A stretch of DNA of 61,738 nt, filler included, from Porpidia crustulata (GCA_964255105.1; 5 parts of 5 records of this genome joined end to end with filler, not necessarily neighbours in it); one strand, 5' to 3'. Shown: positions 13,347 through 27,034, counted from the whole stretch's first letter. The notes: a model not told the origin generated them from the letters alone. Translations and numbers: made by a program.

Positions 13347-15138
13347 ATGATGGACCGCGTTTCGACGTCATGGCGGTTTCCATTTTCCTCTTCCTCTAGA
13401 TACAGTATGGTTTCAACCAAGGATAATGACACGGTCCTTGACACCTACGAAACTACGGGCACTATCACTCCAGCAAACGAACATGAAACCCAACGGACAC
13501 AGTCTCTGAGTAAAGCGTTCTCCAAACAGCTAAGTCGGCAAACGTGGGTTTCGTCCTCGTACATATTTGAACGCTTGAAAATGCATATACTGAACGTCCC
13601 TGCCGAATAGATACCAAGGATCGTTAATTTTCAACTTTTGTGCATTTCTCCTTCCAGCTCTCTATGGAACCCTCAGTAAAATCTGGGTTGCAGATATTGA
13701 TTCCAAACAAGTCGTTACTACGGACGTTTATACGTACATTGGCGTTATCGTAGAGGTCTTGAATGAAGGCCTACCAAGAGCAGCATATCTCATCATTGGG
13801 GACAGATCCACCCGGACCATTTGCTCTCGACTTGGCCTGTCTTATACGTTGATCGTCTTCCAGATCAGTCTTGGGGCCATTATGACTATGGTCTTTGTCG
13901 CTGCCTCTGAACGGCTTGCTGGAGTTTTTGTACCTGATCAGGTCCGGCATAGCTCCCTTACATACGTGCGAATCTCTTCGGTCTTAGCACTGTCTTCCGC
14001 CATGGAGACAGCAGTTACTTCGTGTACTCGGGCCTTGGATCATCCAGATGTTCCACTCGTTATCAGCTCCACGAAATTCTTGGTGAACATTTTGCTCGAT
14101 ATGCTACTTGTATCAAAGTTCCATGTCGGCTTGTTTAGCCCAACGGTCAACACTCAAGCGGTCGTCAGGTTGGTGTGCGACATGACCTCGTCGTTGTGCG
14201 GCCTGTCCTACTTTGTCTACATCGCCTGGAATTTGGGAAGACAGGTGCAATCTCAAGACTCGCAAGCATCTGCCGCGCCTTCGTTACCGGCTCTCAAAGT
14301 TCTGGCAAGACCATCCGTATACACTTTCGTCGAATCGGCGCTACGGAACGCCCTTTACCTCTGGCTTGTTGCTGGCATCATCTCGATGAGTGCAGACTAT
14401 GCTACCGCGTGGGGGATTTTCAACACGATTCGCTGGGGCCTGGTCATGGTGCCGGTGCAAGCATTACAAACGTCGACGTTGACTTTTGTGGGACACAACT
14501 GGGGGCAATGGAGATCTCAGGCAGGTGCGGATCGAAGAAGGCTAAAGGCTTCCAAGAAAGACGTATACGGTATGTTTGTTGCGGCATCAGTACTTGCATC
14601 TACTAATCGTTTTGGATAGCTATATGTAAACCCGCCCTCCTATCTTCCATCATCTCCCTCATAATTGAAATTCCAATCTGTATTTTCTTATCGTTATGGG
14701 GAATTGAAGGCTTTGCATACTATCTCTCCCTTTCTTCCTCTGTAGCTCACATAACGCAGAAAATGTGGAAGGTTAGTGCTTTCGTTTGTGTTATCAAGTC
14801 CTCCCTTCGATTACTGAAGTTCCTTCGCTGCCCAGACCATCGACTGGTGCTACATCTTCTACGCGCTCGCCTACCAGCTTTCCGCCATCCTCTTAGCAAC
14901 GTCTCCGCGCTGGTACCTTTACCAGGCCCTCGGCTCAAACATCTTCTGGGTTCTTCCTTGGGCCATTACTGTTTCCGAAATCCACATCCACGTCGAAAAT
15001 GCGTGGAAATATCACTCCATCATCTTCGGCGGGTCGTTGGTGTTTGACTTTTTTGTCGTGATTCCTGTCTTGGTCCTCTGGAGTAGGCGACTGATGAAGG
15101 GGAATATTAGGGTCCAGCCGGTCCGGGGGACCATCTAG
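13347..15138 (+). CDS. MATE/MOP-superfamily-like multi-pass transporter (~536 aa)
   Basis: Introns 13544-13610, 14570-14619 and 14772-14835 give one open frame ending TAG 15136-15138. Many TM helices; motifs LPALYGTLSK, LNEGLPRAA, ESALRNALYLW, WGIFNTIRWG. Start may instead be ATG 13407. Confidence 0.8.
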
Positions 15139-15717
15139 AGGTACCCTGACGTTGTAGTCCACTGTTTTAATTGTTCGGCTCAGAAGCCATGACTTTGTAA
15201 AGCCCGCCTACATTATCTTTTTATTCGACGTGAAAGATTACGGCTACTGACTGAATTACTACGGAGCCGAGAAGCAAGGCTTTGAACGTCTGGGAGGATG
15301 GGCTTCTGTAGAGCCTTTACTCAATTCGAGAAATGTATGGTGGGACGTAGATTTTTTGGTAGCGGGACAGAGACGAGACGCATATACATACCTGGTAGAC
15401 TTCATATTTGTTGTCATTCAAAGCTTTATTTATGGGTTCTGCTCGACTTTAACCCTAACCCTAATAATTGATTTTGCATACTATGAGAGGTTTCAGAAAT
15501 CCTTGGTGCCAAGTCCTTGCCGATACGAACCGTTCCTTGGTAACGATACTCCTTCAGCCCCCATAACAATTTCAACCACGCCAATCCTTTCAATTCACCG
15601 TCGAAGCCAGTGATGACTGTAGAATAGTGTAGGTCAACGAGTTGCTAGGAAATCAATTCAGGTTCCTTCGGGAGTCGAAGCCTTAGCTGGCTATCGCGCA
15701 AAGGAGGCGGAGCCAAT

Positions 15718-18057
15718 ATGGCAGAACGTCAACTGTCGACATCATCATCACGGCCATCACATCGCTCCCGTACCTCCTTTCGTTCGTCCAACCCCGACGT
15801 CTTTAGTGATGAATTTGCACTGGAGCCGTTCGAAATCTCCAATGCGCTTGAATCACGGCCGTGGGAAGGAGATGGATCGCACATTATCGCTTCACCGACT
15901 GGACTCCCCAGCCAAACTGAAAGATCGATCGCACAACAGTATCTCTCGGACACTGTCCAAGGTCTCCCTCGGAGAAGCAATGGCTCACAACGATACAGTG
16001 GACGTAGCTCTATCACATCCCGTCATGACACGACTTCACCATTCTCCACTCAAGCCGGAGGTTTAGCGCCTGTTTCGGACAGCCTCAGTGACACGTCCGA
16101 CCCACACAGGTCAATCAGCAGTTCTTCAACGTTGAATATACCGAGAACGCAAAGCCCTTATCAAGGTGCAACAGGCCCTAGCCAACCATATGGGCTGTAT
16201 CCTCAGGACATTGGAATATCCAGGACCCCAAGCGCTGCAACAACCTCAACGGTTAGGATGCCCGAAAGGATATACACGGGGCCAGTCAGGCCTACCCAAC
16301 CTTATGGCCTATACCCGCAACACACCGTACCCGAGGATGAGGTCAGCCCTCTCGACAGCATCGCTCCAGCTCCAGTCGGCTTCCCTGGGTTGAGTCAGGA
16401 CTACCGTAGACAATTTGGCCCAGATGGAGAGGAGGCCGCTGATCTTGTCGGGCCTGATGGCCATACAGAACAGCTTCCTCCATATACTCGGTATCCTAAT
16501 GACCTTCCAACCAAAGATGGGCCTTCATCAGCACACCCTCCCGCACCCCCCGCAGCGACCTCAGCAGCAGTTTCATCTGCCATCATGCCAGGACTGTCCC
16601 CCGTATCTCCCGTTGTAGCGGCTGGAGATAATCTAGAGGCTTCACAAAACACATTGACTTCTGCGCGCTCAAATTCCACAGAAACCAGAAGTCCTACTGT
16701 CGACGATAGTTCCACCCAATTAAACACTACCTCTCCCAGTACAACTGCTCAACAAGACGATGGCGGGCACTTCAAAGAGAGTATGAGCGAGAAAAGCAAG
16801 AAGAGGGTATGTTGGGATAAAATACCAATCTGGGCACTTCTACTTCTTTTACTCGTGGTTGGAATTCTTATTGGCGCCGTTATCGGTGGCATACTCGGCC
16901 ACAAAGCGGGTCAGGAAAAAGCTACTGAATCAATACACCCAGCAGCAGCGGCACCACAGGGGGCAGCGTAAGTCAAAGCATGCGGTAGTATTCAGGAGCA
17001 TGACTAACCACGGTTCAGGCCTTCGACTGTGGTCGTTACCGCCACCTCACTTGTTGATGCGGTCCCGGTCTCTGCCACTCCCATAGATTTACCCCCTTTA
17101 CCTTCTGGCACCTTCGCTCTTACACTTGGCTCCCCTTTCGTTTCGTCTAATTCCTGTTTGAACAGTAATGCCCAGCGTAAAGCTTGGCAATGTGCAAATG
17201 GGCAAGATTTCAAATTCGAGATTATTCAGCCAGGTTGCAATTTCCGCCTTTTGGGCCCAGAACCTAATGCCCCAATCCATTACGGAGCCCAGCCGCCACA
17301 AATGGGGGATCCTACCTGGATGTCACTCATGAACGACAAAGATGGCTGGAATAGAGGTCCGGCATTCTTTTTCCAACGAGCGTTTGATAAGGTTGTTGTG
17401 GTAAAAGAATCGGAATTCTCTGCCACCATTGCGAAACGCTCGTTCGTTGAATTTGGAGAGTATGACGAGCTTGCGACCCTCGAGGACCGAGACTTGACGT
17501 CATCTGGACCTCCAGATGCCATTGCGGTCCCTACCAGCAAGCCCTGGTTCTGCTACTGGAATGACACGATGATGGAGGGATTCATCTATGTCACCCAGAA
17601 TACAAACTCTTCAAACGCCTCGACATCCTCGACTTCGCCACCGTCTATACAAGAATCGTTTGGAAGTAACGCGATTACTTCTGTGACAAGTTTGGCTTCT
17701 TCGGCTGCATCATCAGCACCTGGACATCTGTCAACGCGCGAGATATTCCCCTCTAAAGATCCGGCTTCATTCCCCAAGCTTATCAAAATTGAGGAGCGGC
17801 GTAATATACTAAACCCGGTGCAACCATACTGCGTTCAAATGCAAATCTTGAACAACAATAAACCAGGATCACTGGCCGATCCTACCACACGTCAAGCAAT
17901 AAGGGTTAACCTTACCGAAAACGAAGTCCCACAACAGAAGGTATCAACGCATGGGCCACCAGGACGACGGAGAAGCTGGCATCTCCAGAGCAATGAAGGT
18001 GCGGAAAAAAGAGACATGATAGGAAGTAATTGCGAATGTCGGTGGCTAAGTTCGTAA
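15718..18057 (+). CDS. Single-pass (type II) membrane protein with disordered cytosolic N-terminus and Cys-rich C-terminal domain (~762 aa)
   Basis: Intron 16968-17018 (GTAAGT...ACTAAC...CAG) joins two ORFs. TM IWALLLLLLVVGILIGAVIGGILG; C-terminal motifs WFCYWN, KIEERR, PYCVQMQ, CECRW. Confidence 0.85.
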
Positions 18058-18859
18058 TTATGGCTTATATTTCTTGCCTCTAAAAACGCGTGTTCTTTGT
18101 TTTAGCATTGTGAGACAGGCAGGGAAAGCTGGTAGGAGGAACTCGGGGCGCAATACAAGCGATTGGGAAGCAACTTCTGTTGATCATATCTGTTCTACCG
18201 GGCTTCGGGGCGTTTGACGAACACACATGGGTTTTTCTATATGCGTCGCAGATGGCCAATTTGCTACATTTGATCAGTAGCCGCATGAATGAAGGATATA
18301 GTCGATGAGCTTGACATCACTTTCAGTGTAGTAGGCCCAACAGCTCTTGATCTATCTACGCGGATTCATATGGCTCGACTCCTATCGCGAAAATCCGATA
18401 TGACTTTCATTCGCACGTGACCAAGCCTTCCGTACCTGTACCAAGCTGTATGAATGTCACAGACCAACGGTCCCCATAATCCATCACACGACGCATATGT
18501 CTGGATAGCCGTGGCTCCAGTACCTTTCTAGACTGTAAAAGTCGTAGCTTCGGATGCATCTGACTTGCCTCCCCAAAGAGCCCAGTAAGGAAATCTCTCC
18601 AATTTGAGAGTTTCGACCTTCCTTGACACCTGGTATTCATTAGCCTGGTCTCTCTCAAAATACATGAGCTTATGAAGCACGCCGACGAGGGTCTCATACA
18701 GAAACATCGTATATAAGATTTCGGAGCCATTGCGAATCGCTAGGCATTCTTAGAGGCTTTGGCTCTCCGGCCCTACCGCAAGCTATTCGCTTTCTACTTG
18801 CTCTTACACGAGCTTTGTGTATTAAGTATAAATCTGTCTAACACTTGGGTCTGAGGAAA

Positions 18860-20724
18860 ATGCCATGTTTCAAGGGATTAGCTGTCAGTATACATACGCC
18901 TGAAGGCCCATTGCCTGAGTTTTCGATCCAAAAACAGTCCAGATTCTCGCGGATCAGCTCGTATATACCCGTGCCGCCAGCAAAGATACCTGCAAACTCT
19001 CTGACCAACGAACCCCAGCAATCAACCTTTGCTATATCCATCACACTGCTGACTCCCGGTCTCAATGTCCCATATTCCCAACCGAAACCATCACCAGAAG
19101 ATCCATACCCCCGAGCACGAATAGTCAGCGGGCTACCGAATCTGCCAAGCGAGCGGGGAAAGTACCAGGGAGCCATCGGACCGTACATACCACTGACTAC
19201 ATCGCCAAATGAGACTATTGCTGCATACATATACTTTGATGGACGGGCTAAGGAGGAGGTGGCAACACTGTTACGCCGCGGGGAGGAGACATGGGTGAAT
19301 TCGCGATGGGTCGGTATACCGGAGTCAGAAGGCGGTGGTCTCGCCGAAAGAGAGTTCCTTTTCCGAGAAGTAGGCTTGGAGAGATGGTTGAACGGGCTAG
19401 ACCTGGAAGGAAAGGATACTGCTGCAAAAATCGAGAAGAGGAGACAGAAGATGGAGAAGAAGCGTCGAAGGAGGAAACAAAGCCGGGGAAGCGATGACGA
19501 GGCCGAGTCGTCCTTATGGGGAAGCAAAAATCGCTCAGAGCGAAATGTTCTACGATACGGTGCGGATGAGCGTTCGCCGCTGGAGCAGATGTCCGATGAT
19601 GATGAACTCTTCTCCTCGGACACGGATTCAGATGATGATCCCATACCAGAATCGGCAGGGCAAATTAAGGTAGCTTTGTTCCGGGTGCTCGCGTCCGGGG
19701 AAATCAAGCGAGGGGAATACTCACCTCAATTTGATGCTCACGATGATGACGAGGAATCAGCCAAGGTATCAGGGAATGGAGCGAAAGATGATGGAGACGG
19801 CACAGAGGAAGCCGAAGTTGATCATACAACGAGCTTTGCGAAGCCGAAAACGCTGGATCCGAAGTCAATCAGCACCCAGACCGTTACCGGTATAGATGGG
19901 CCAGATAAACCCTTCGCTGTTTTCACATTCCTTTATCGGGGGCAAAAACAGCTGGAGAAGATGGGGATATTGCCCACCCCAAAGTCCCAAGACAAATCTA
20001 CAACAACTACAGCGAAACGAAGATCAGTGAAGACAGACTTCGCGAACCTCAAGCCTTTGAAACCTGGGGGAGCTCTGGGATTCTCGAAATTTCGTGAAAC
20101 TGAAAATTTGTCGACATCATCTGGAAACAAAGACAAAGCCGTCAAGAAGGAGCTTAGCGATATGGATAGCGACGAAGAAGATGACGACAAGGCCGTGGCG
20201 AAGGTAGAAGACAACGACTTTCATGACACTTCGAACAACATGCTCTCGCCTGAGGATGCAAAGCGACAAGGGGAGCTGGCTGAAGGTGTCCAGAAGATTA
20301 GGGTACTTATCACCCCTTTTAATTCTCCAGAATCAACCTAATGCAAGGGCTTATATACTAACAAATGCTATAGCTAAAACGACAACACTCTTCCGAGCCT
20401 TTGAATCCAGTATCTCAAGCAACACGAAAATCTCCAGCATCTAATACGCCTACCGCTGGTAACACGCCTCCAAATGCCTCGATCCTTGCGACGCCGCCCA
20501 CACTTCTCACCAACGCCTCCTACGACCCTAGTCCTTCACTTCCTCTAGAGTCAATAATCGGTAGTCCGATGAAACGGCAGCGGGCGAGTCTATCAGGAGT
20601 AGACGATGAGGCTATGAGACAACGATTGGGGTTGGGCCTGTCTGGGGTCACGGCCGATGCATTGCCGCCGATAGAGCTAGGTAAAATGATCGAGACTGAG
20701 GGCGATGAGGATGAAGAGCTGTGA
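18860..20724 (+). CDS. Conserved Pezizomycotina hypothetical protein, charged, probably nuclear (~597 aa)
   Basis: ATG 18860 (MPCFKGLAVSIH), intron 20303-20373. Motifs AAYIYFDGR, FLFREVGLE, GQIKVALFRV, FTFLYR; basic NLS-like KKRRRRK and acidic tracts. Confidence 0.85.
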
Positions 20725-21313
20725 GAGCGCCGGTCAGGATGAGGGTCTTGGTATGAGCAAAACCGGAACCATATTGATTTGGAGAATGTCAGTGGCACAC
20801 ATACCGTGAAAAGACGCTATTTATAGTCGTTCCATCGGAGCATCAGGAGCGATGTTTGCCGGCTTCCTAGACTACTAGACGTGCGCGGCATTTTGATAGT
20901 CATTCGTCGATTGGATTGTTGCACATAAGAATACATGAAGGTATATCAAGTGTGCTCGAGCTCAATTCGATTGTAGTTGATCCACACAAGCAATCAGATA
21001 ACATGATCAAGGGGCTACGGAGTGCTGCAGCTGTCACGTTTCCCAATCCTCAGAAAGCCGCGTCGATACAGCGCTAAGCCGATGCAGAAGCAGCAACCCG
21101 TTTGATAGCCCAATAGCGTGTAACGCCGCCAAGAAATCTAATTTCTTGCATGAAGAGATTCCTCCCACCTCATCCTCATCACTCATCACTCATCACCTCG
21201 CCATTTTCCATTCTTCCACAACAGTAACATTCATCAATTCGAAGGCAGCATCATACATACAGCTTACGTACTCGAACTTATCGCAGCTTGACTCACTACA
21301 TAATCACGCCACA

Positions 21314-22026
21314 ATGCATTCCCTCGCTCTGCTGTTTACCTCTTTGGTTGTGGGATTCGTTGCTGCGCAAAATTCTACGAGCGACGTGGACCTGACAGGC
21401 GCATCTCCGACTGATCTTAGTATGTGATAATTGAAGAGCTCTGCATTCCTACTTCCCTGCATTTCAAGTCGTACTAACCCATCGATAGATCAATGGTGTC
21501 TGGGAGAACTCGCTAATTGCCCCCTTCTATGCGGTGGACCAGCAAATTTCAAGACCAACATCTGCCACGGGGTAAGTTTTTATCTTTATGATATTCTAAG
21601 ATATCTCGTATTATCAAGCACAAGTAATCAGTTCTCTTGTCACAAAAGCTAATCCGATCTTAGAACGACATTAAAAATTACCAATGTGTCTGCAACAATG
21701 GCACCGGCCCCTCCATGATCGCGAACTACACCGATACTGTGCCGTGGAACATCTGCCAATTTCAATTCAAGCAGTGCCAACAGAAGACCGCGAGTACCGC
21801 CTCTTGCGCTCTGTGCGGTACATGGTCCCCCAAAGACGCTCCCAAGATCGATACCACCACATCTTCCAGCTCTTCAAGTTCTTCCCAGGCTACCGGGAGT
21901 GCAACATCTTCCGCTGCTGCACCTGCTGCTACGACTTCGAAGGGTGCGGCATCTAATCTAGGTGCTGAGCATGTGGTTGGGGGTGCTGCTATGGGGTTGA
22001 TAGCTGCAGTGGGGATGCTCCTTTAG
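21314..22026 (+). CDS. Small secreted Cys-rich, probably GPI-anchored protein (~183 aa)
   Basis: Signal peptide MHSLALLFTSLVVGFVAA; introns 21420-21488 and 21572-21663. Cys-rich domain (QWCLGELANCPLLCGG...YQCVCNNG...ICQFQFKQC), Ser/Thr linker and hydrophobic tail. Confidence 0.85.
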
Positions 22027-23070
22027 GTAGGGAAAAGACTACATTATCTTCGAGAACACTTTCTAGGGGTTGGTATCAGCATAGCATGGCGTGGCATGGG
22101 TGCTGTTTGGTGTTGTGTTTTGCATGCATGTTGGGGGTTTGGTGGTTGTGGCAGTGTGAGCTTGAGAAAGCGCTTTTTCTTGTCACTTTTTTAGCGGTTA
22201 GCTCCAGCTAGAGCACTAATATTTGCAAAGCAGTGAAAAGGCGTTGCCTGTGTTCCTATCGTCTACACATAACATTATCTTTTTCCTGCCTGGTATTCAT
22301 CCATATTCACCTTTTATCCTCCCCATGCTCATCGGTTGATACTGATACACCAATGCATCCCTGCTGAACGGTTCAGTACCTCTTTATCTCTGTGGCTTAT
22401 CAGGTCGACCTCCCTTCCTCTCATCAGAGACGACTTCACGTCTAGCCACGTCGTGTCTTCAAAGTGTACTTTCTAATTGAGATTCCGAGGTATTTCATAA
22501 AGTTTTGAGGGTTCGAGCTTCTGTACACCCTTCTTGCCTCTTTTGCCTAGTGGAATCTCGCCATACATCGGGTGATAAAGATCGAACCTCTCCAACTCGG
22601 GTTATCGCAGAACCTTTCGTTTGACTGTCGGATTCTAGCACGAGAGTGCCGGTGAGCCGGTGAGCCACTCCGCTCTTCCGACGCCTTGAATGTTAAACAT
22701 ATACTCGGTGTCGTCTTCAACGCTGGTAGGTCCTTTCAAGAATGTTCGTGGGGGTCACTGCCTATCGAATCTCTTTCCGTCGCGTACGCGTTCTGCTTCG
22801 TATTCCGCTACCCACCATGTGGGAACCGAAGAGCCGCCGTCACTCGTTCGATACAGGCGATTCGCGCGTTAATCACCTCCACTAGAATCTGGTCCGGTAG
22901 GCATTTGGAGAGCTCCGAGTATCACCGTTGTACGTCATGTCTCACAATTTGTACTGATGGTGTGTAGATTAATTGCGAGGCGCGAATGCCTCTGCACGAT
23001 AAAGTCCCCTATTAATCTACGCTCGTCCGGAATTCATTCGCATCCAGCATCTTCTCTACTCATTGTCACG

Positions 23071-23781
23071 ATGTTTTGCTTGCTTGCTTTGATCCTGCTT
23101 CAACCCTACGCGTTGCTAGCTCAAGCCTTGGGTGCCATCTCCATCGTGCACGACTCCTCCGCCCTATCCTCCAAATCTTCCGCCTTCACCAACCCTACCT
23201 CCGCCATCGAACATGCAGTCGCCAGCCCTTCTTCGTTGCTCGGCAATGCCATGAAAAACCCCTCTGCCCCAATCAGCGTGGTCTCCTCGACATCTCATCC
23301 ACCAACCCCGGTCCCCACTCCATCGGCGTCGACCAATTCCTTCGCTGCCTTGGCCTACCTCTCTTCTCTCCTTCCCTCCCACTTGCCCAACGCGACTTCC
23401 AACGCTACTGCTCCAATATCGTCGTCGGACTACCAGGTCAACTGCTCGGTCGACGCCACGTTCCAGCCCGTCTCGGCGCAAGACTGCTTCCTTGCCATCC
23501 AGCAGATCCTGAGAGATCCGGATACCATGTCGGCGGCGATTTGGGGTCAAGACGGTGATTTCAGTGTGCCACGGAGTTGGGTCGTGGGACTGTGCAAGGT
23601 CCTCGTGGACTCGATTTCTACCGCTGCTCGGGATACGTTCCAGATGGCGCTTGTCGCACGGGTTGCCGTGTTAATTGTTTCGCAGTGCATAGAGCCGGGG
23701 ACTGAACCGCAGCTGGGGGGGAAAGGTGTAGTTGGGGCGTTGGGATCGTTTAATGTGACGGTCATGTATTCTGGACATTAG
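23071..23781 (+). CDS. Secreted protein with Ser/Pro-rich spacer and 4-Cys C-terminal domain (effector-like, 236 aa)
   Basis: ATG 23071 with signal peptide MFCLLALILLQPYALLAQALG; C-terminal VNC...DCFLAIQQI...RSWVVGLCKV...QC...GGKGVVG. Confidence 0.75.
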   Translation: MFCLLALILLQPYALLAQALGAISIVHDSSALSSKSSAFTNPTSAIEHAVASPSSLLGNAMKNPSAPISVVSSTSHPPTPVPTPSASTNSFAALAYLSSLLPSHLPNATSNATAPISSSDYQVNCSVDATFQPVSAQDCFLAIQQILRDPDTMSAAIWGQDGDFSVPRSWVVGLCKVLVDSISTAARDTFQMALVARVAVLIVSQCIEPGTEPQLGGKGVVGALGSFNVTVMYSGH

Positions 23782-24608
23782 AGGATGTGGTTTACAGGTA
23801 GGTCCTAGACAGTATAAGAGTTTATATGCAGACAACTATATTGGTATTGCTAAACAGCCTTGACGAGGATCTGAGACTGCAACTTATCATCCCCTCAAGC
23901 GAGGAGTGTCGGTCAACACGCGTTACTTTGTTCGACGGTCCATCCGCAGAATCTCCGTAAATGGAGACGTGGGAAAGACGTCCAAGTCTTTAGGTCATTG
24001 TAATGCATCCGAGACTTTCTATGACATTGAGAAATTAGGTAATGGTTCAAGTATTCAAGGTTCTGATCTCGAACTAACTATGGGACGACGTCGACTTAAT
24101 TTCGACGCGATTGCAGCCATGACGCTTTTTCTTATTCTTCTTGATTTTTCGTATCTTCTCACGGTCTTTCTTTCTATCGGTCGTTTAGAGGGTCAGTAAG
24201 CCTAGCAGCTAGGTCTGAAGCTCTACCATAACATCCTTATGGACCACGAGAGTAGCAACACGTTCTCGCCTTCAGAGGACACTATTCGTGATGCATTGCG
24301 CTGGAGACATTTGGCTACGTCGACCCACTACTGGAACAACTCGAGTGAAAAACCGAAGAGACTAGGCATCACACCCACATATGATGACGTTCAGAGCCGC
24401 GATCCGACCGCACTTTGGACAAATCCAAGCGATTTGCGCTCAACAAAATATTGCGGTGCTATATCCGCGACAGGGAGGAATTACACTTAAGAGATGGTCG
24501 CATCCGCACTTGTACTACATCATCCTATCCGAATATTTCCGTGTATTTTCCAGACCCAGTGTCGAGGCATATTTCCAAAAAGAGCTTCAGAAGGCTGGAA
24601 TGGTCATA

Positions 24609-24686
24609 ATGTTTCTTCCCATCCAAATCTTTCTTCTCTTCCTTTCAACATCCTCGACTTTATCCCAACTCCTCCCCCCCCAAGCC
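24609..24686 (+). CDS. Probable 5' end (signal peptide) of a secreted protein truncated at contig end
   Basis: ATG followed by MFLPIQIFLLFLSTSSTLSQLLPPQA, open into the linker. Confidence 0.45.
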
Positions 24687-24786
24687 NNNNNNNNNNNNNN
24701 NNNNNNNNNNNNNNNNNNNNNNNNNNNNNNTTAATTAATTAANNNNNNNNNNNNNNNNNNNNNNNNNNNNNNNNNNNNNNNNNNNN
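24687..24786. other. Artificial contig linker
   Basis: N44-TTAATTAATTAA-N44. Confidence 0.98.
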
Positions 24787-24975
24787 GTGCTGAGGAGATG
24801 GGGGGAAGGTGGGGGGCTGAAGGCCCGTCGTAAAAGTTAGGAAATAAAGGGAGTTCAATGAGGCGAGAAGATTGGGACAATCTAGATGAACGATGCACAA
24901 GATATAAGAACATGTCCACCGCCTTAAAACTTCAATGCGTATCCAAAACAAAGGGCCATCCAAAGGTCCAGAGGC

Positions 24976-27034
24976 TCATACTCCTCCTACAGCAAGCAGA
25001 TTCTTCCCCTTGACGCTTTTCCATTCCATCTGCGTAAGTTAATCAGCATGCGCCACACACGATAGTATAGGCGGTAATGAACTCACAAAGAAAGAACACA
25101 GAACCGCCAGTCCACCGACAGCAATGGGAACAATAAACGTCTTCGTAACGGCCACGTTATACGCTTCCAGAACGCCGGATAATTGACCCGGTGGGGTGAC
25201 TTCTCGGATGTGCGTTGCTCCTGCGGCGATGATGGTGGCAGGACTTACATCATGGGTTCGCTTGGGGATCTCCTGGATCAACGTATTGGTGAAGATGTTT
25301 TGGGCAACGGAGATGGAGATGGCGCCGCCGAGGGAGCTGAAGAAGATTGCCAAGGCATCTAATCCGGGACATTAGCTTGAGACATTCCGGGGGGTGGGAT
25401 GGTGGAACTTAGAGCACGTACTTCCAGTAGGCATGTCTTTGGCACTCAAAACCACCTGCACCGCAATGAATGGGATTTGAACCCCGGCGCCAACGCCGAA
25501 TCCGGTCAATATCTGGTATCCGATCCATCTCCCGGCGCCAGAGCCGACTTGCAATGTATATAGCATTCCAGAGCCGATGGTGAAAAGCGCGGCGCCAAAC
25601 CACATGAATGGCGTGTACCATCCAAATGTCGTGATACTTCCACCAATTACGATCGATGCGATGGTGATACTGACAAGATAAGGGATAGTCCGGATACCCG
25701 ATCCTTCGGCGGTTGTGCTCTTGACGGCTTGGAAGTAAAAGGGCAAATAGAATACATGCGTGTAGAGACCCATGGCTTGGAAAGAGGAAAAGGCCGCACT
25801 TGCTGCTACTGTCCTTTGGGTCATTATCCGAGGCGGTATAGTTGCTCTATCCCCAAGCTTAAATTGCCACCCTATGAAAGTCACGATGATCAACCCAAAC
25901 CCGAGTAGACATCCCCAAACCTTGGAGTCTTTCCAGGGATATGTACTTCCGCCCCATTGCAAGGCTAAGAGTAAGCATACAATTCCGCATATCAATAAGA
26001 AAGCTCCAAAGAGGTCGATCTGCTTGATCTTGTCCTGAAACGCCATGTCCGTGTGTTTCCGTTCCGGATTCTTGAAAAAGAAGTAGACGGTGAGCATAGC
26101 TATACCTCCAAACGGGAGGTTGATCCAAAAACACCACCGCCAAGTCGCGCGGTCTGTCAAGACCCCACCAAGTATAGGTCCCACCACCGATGATATACCA
26201 AACATGCTTGACAATAGCGCGAAGTAGATGGCTCTTTTCCTTAGAGGTACAGAGAACGCGATAATTGTCATACCACCGGAGAAAAGCGCAGCGGCTCCTG
26301 CACCCGCCACGGTACGGCCGAGTATAAGCATGACGGAGTTTCTTGCAGCGGCGCAGATGATAGATCCAAGCTCGAAGATGAGCAGTGCCGTGAGGTAGGT
26401 CCATTTCACGTCAAAATATGTGTAGATCTTACCAAAGGATGGTTGTAACGATGTTGTAGTGAGGAGGTATGAAGACCCGTACCATCCGACATCGTTCAGC
26501 GAGTTGAAGACGGTCGTAATTTTAGGTATCGCTGTGGCTAGAAGACGATTAGTGCTAGGCCACGAAGATGTAGTGCTATCAGTTATAAATACCAATGATT
26601 GTGTTATCCAGAGCCACCACAAATGTCACCATGCATAAGCCGAAGGTCAGTATGGCGAGTGGTAAGCCTTTGGGGTAGTTGGTCTCGTCGTCTTCTTCCT
26701 TCGGGCCATTCTTATCCCGACCATCGCATGGTTTTTTGGCCTCTCCAGCAGGCGCAGGTTCTCCCAAGGCATTTGTAGTCTTCTCTTTTATGGACTCAGA
26801 GATTTGCCCAGCCGGCGCTTCATGGCTATCTGCATTATTCGTGATTGGAGCTGTAAAATTCTCGTGCTGAAGCCCGCCGGACGGAGGATTGGGTTCGACA
26901 ACTGCGGTACTGTTAGAACGTATTTGGTCGAGCTCGGCTTCACCATGATCATGGTGAATTTGACGGTTCGACTGTGCGATTGGCGTCGAGGGCTTAAATT
27001 TCGCTGGACCGGCAAGTTCCGCGACCGTTGCCAT
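24976..27034 (-). CDS. MFS DHA2 (14-TM) toxin/drug efflux pump, GliA/AflT-like (~627 aa)
   Basis: ATG 27034; introns 26538-26592, 25359-25421, 25030-25086. Motifs ALDNTIIATAIPKIT, DVGWYGSSYLLT, WRWCFWINLP, MEWKSVKG. Confidence 0.92.

Noticed and set aside
11507..15138. Acyltransferase plus MATE transporter as a biosynthetic cluster
   Set aside because: The two genes lie on different contigs separated by an artificial linker.
15450..15464. TAACCCTAACCCTAA as a telomere or TER
   Set aside because: 2.5 interstitial units in a ~580-bp intergenic gap, too short for either. It may be chance or a telobox-binding site.
18838..19707. 289-aa antisense ORF (and similar shadow ORFs over mad1-like, bud6, pbp1 and the MFS genes)
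   Set aside because: Fully overlaps a well-supported gene on the opposite strand, has a non-ATG start and shows no recognisable motifs.
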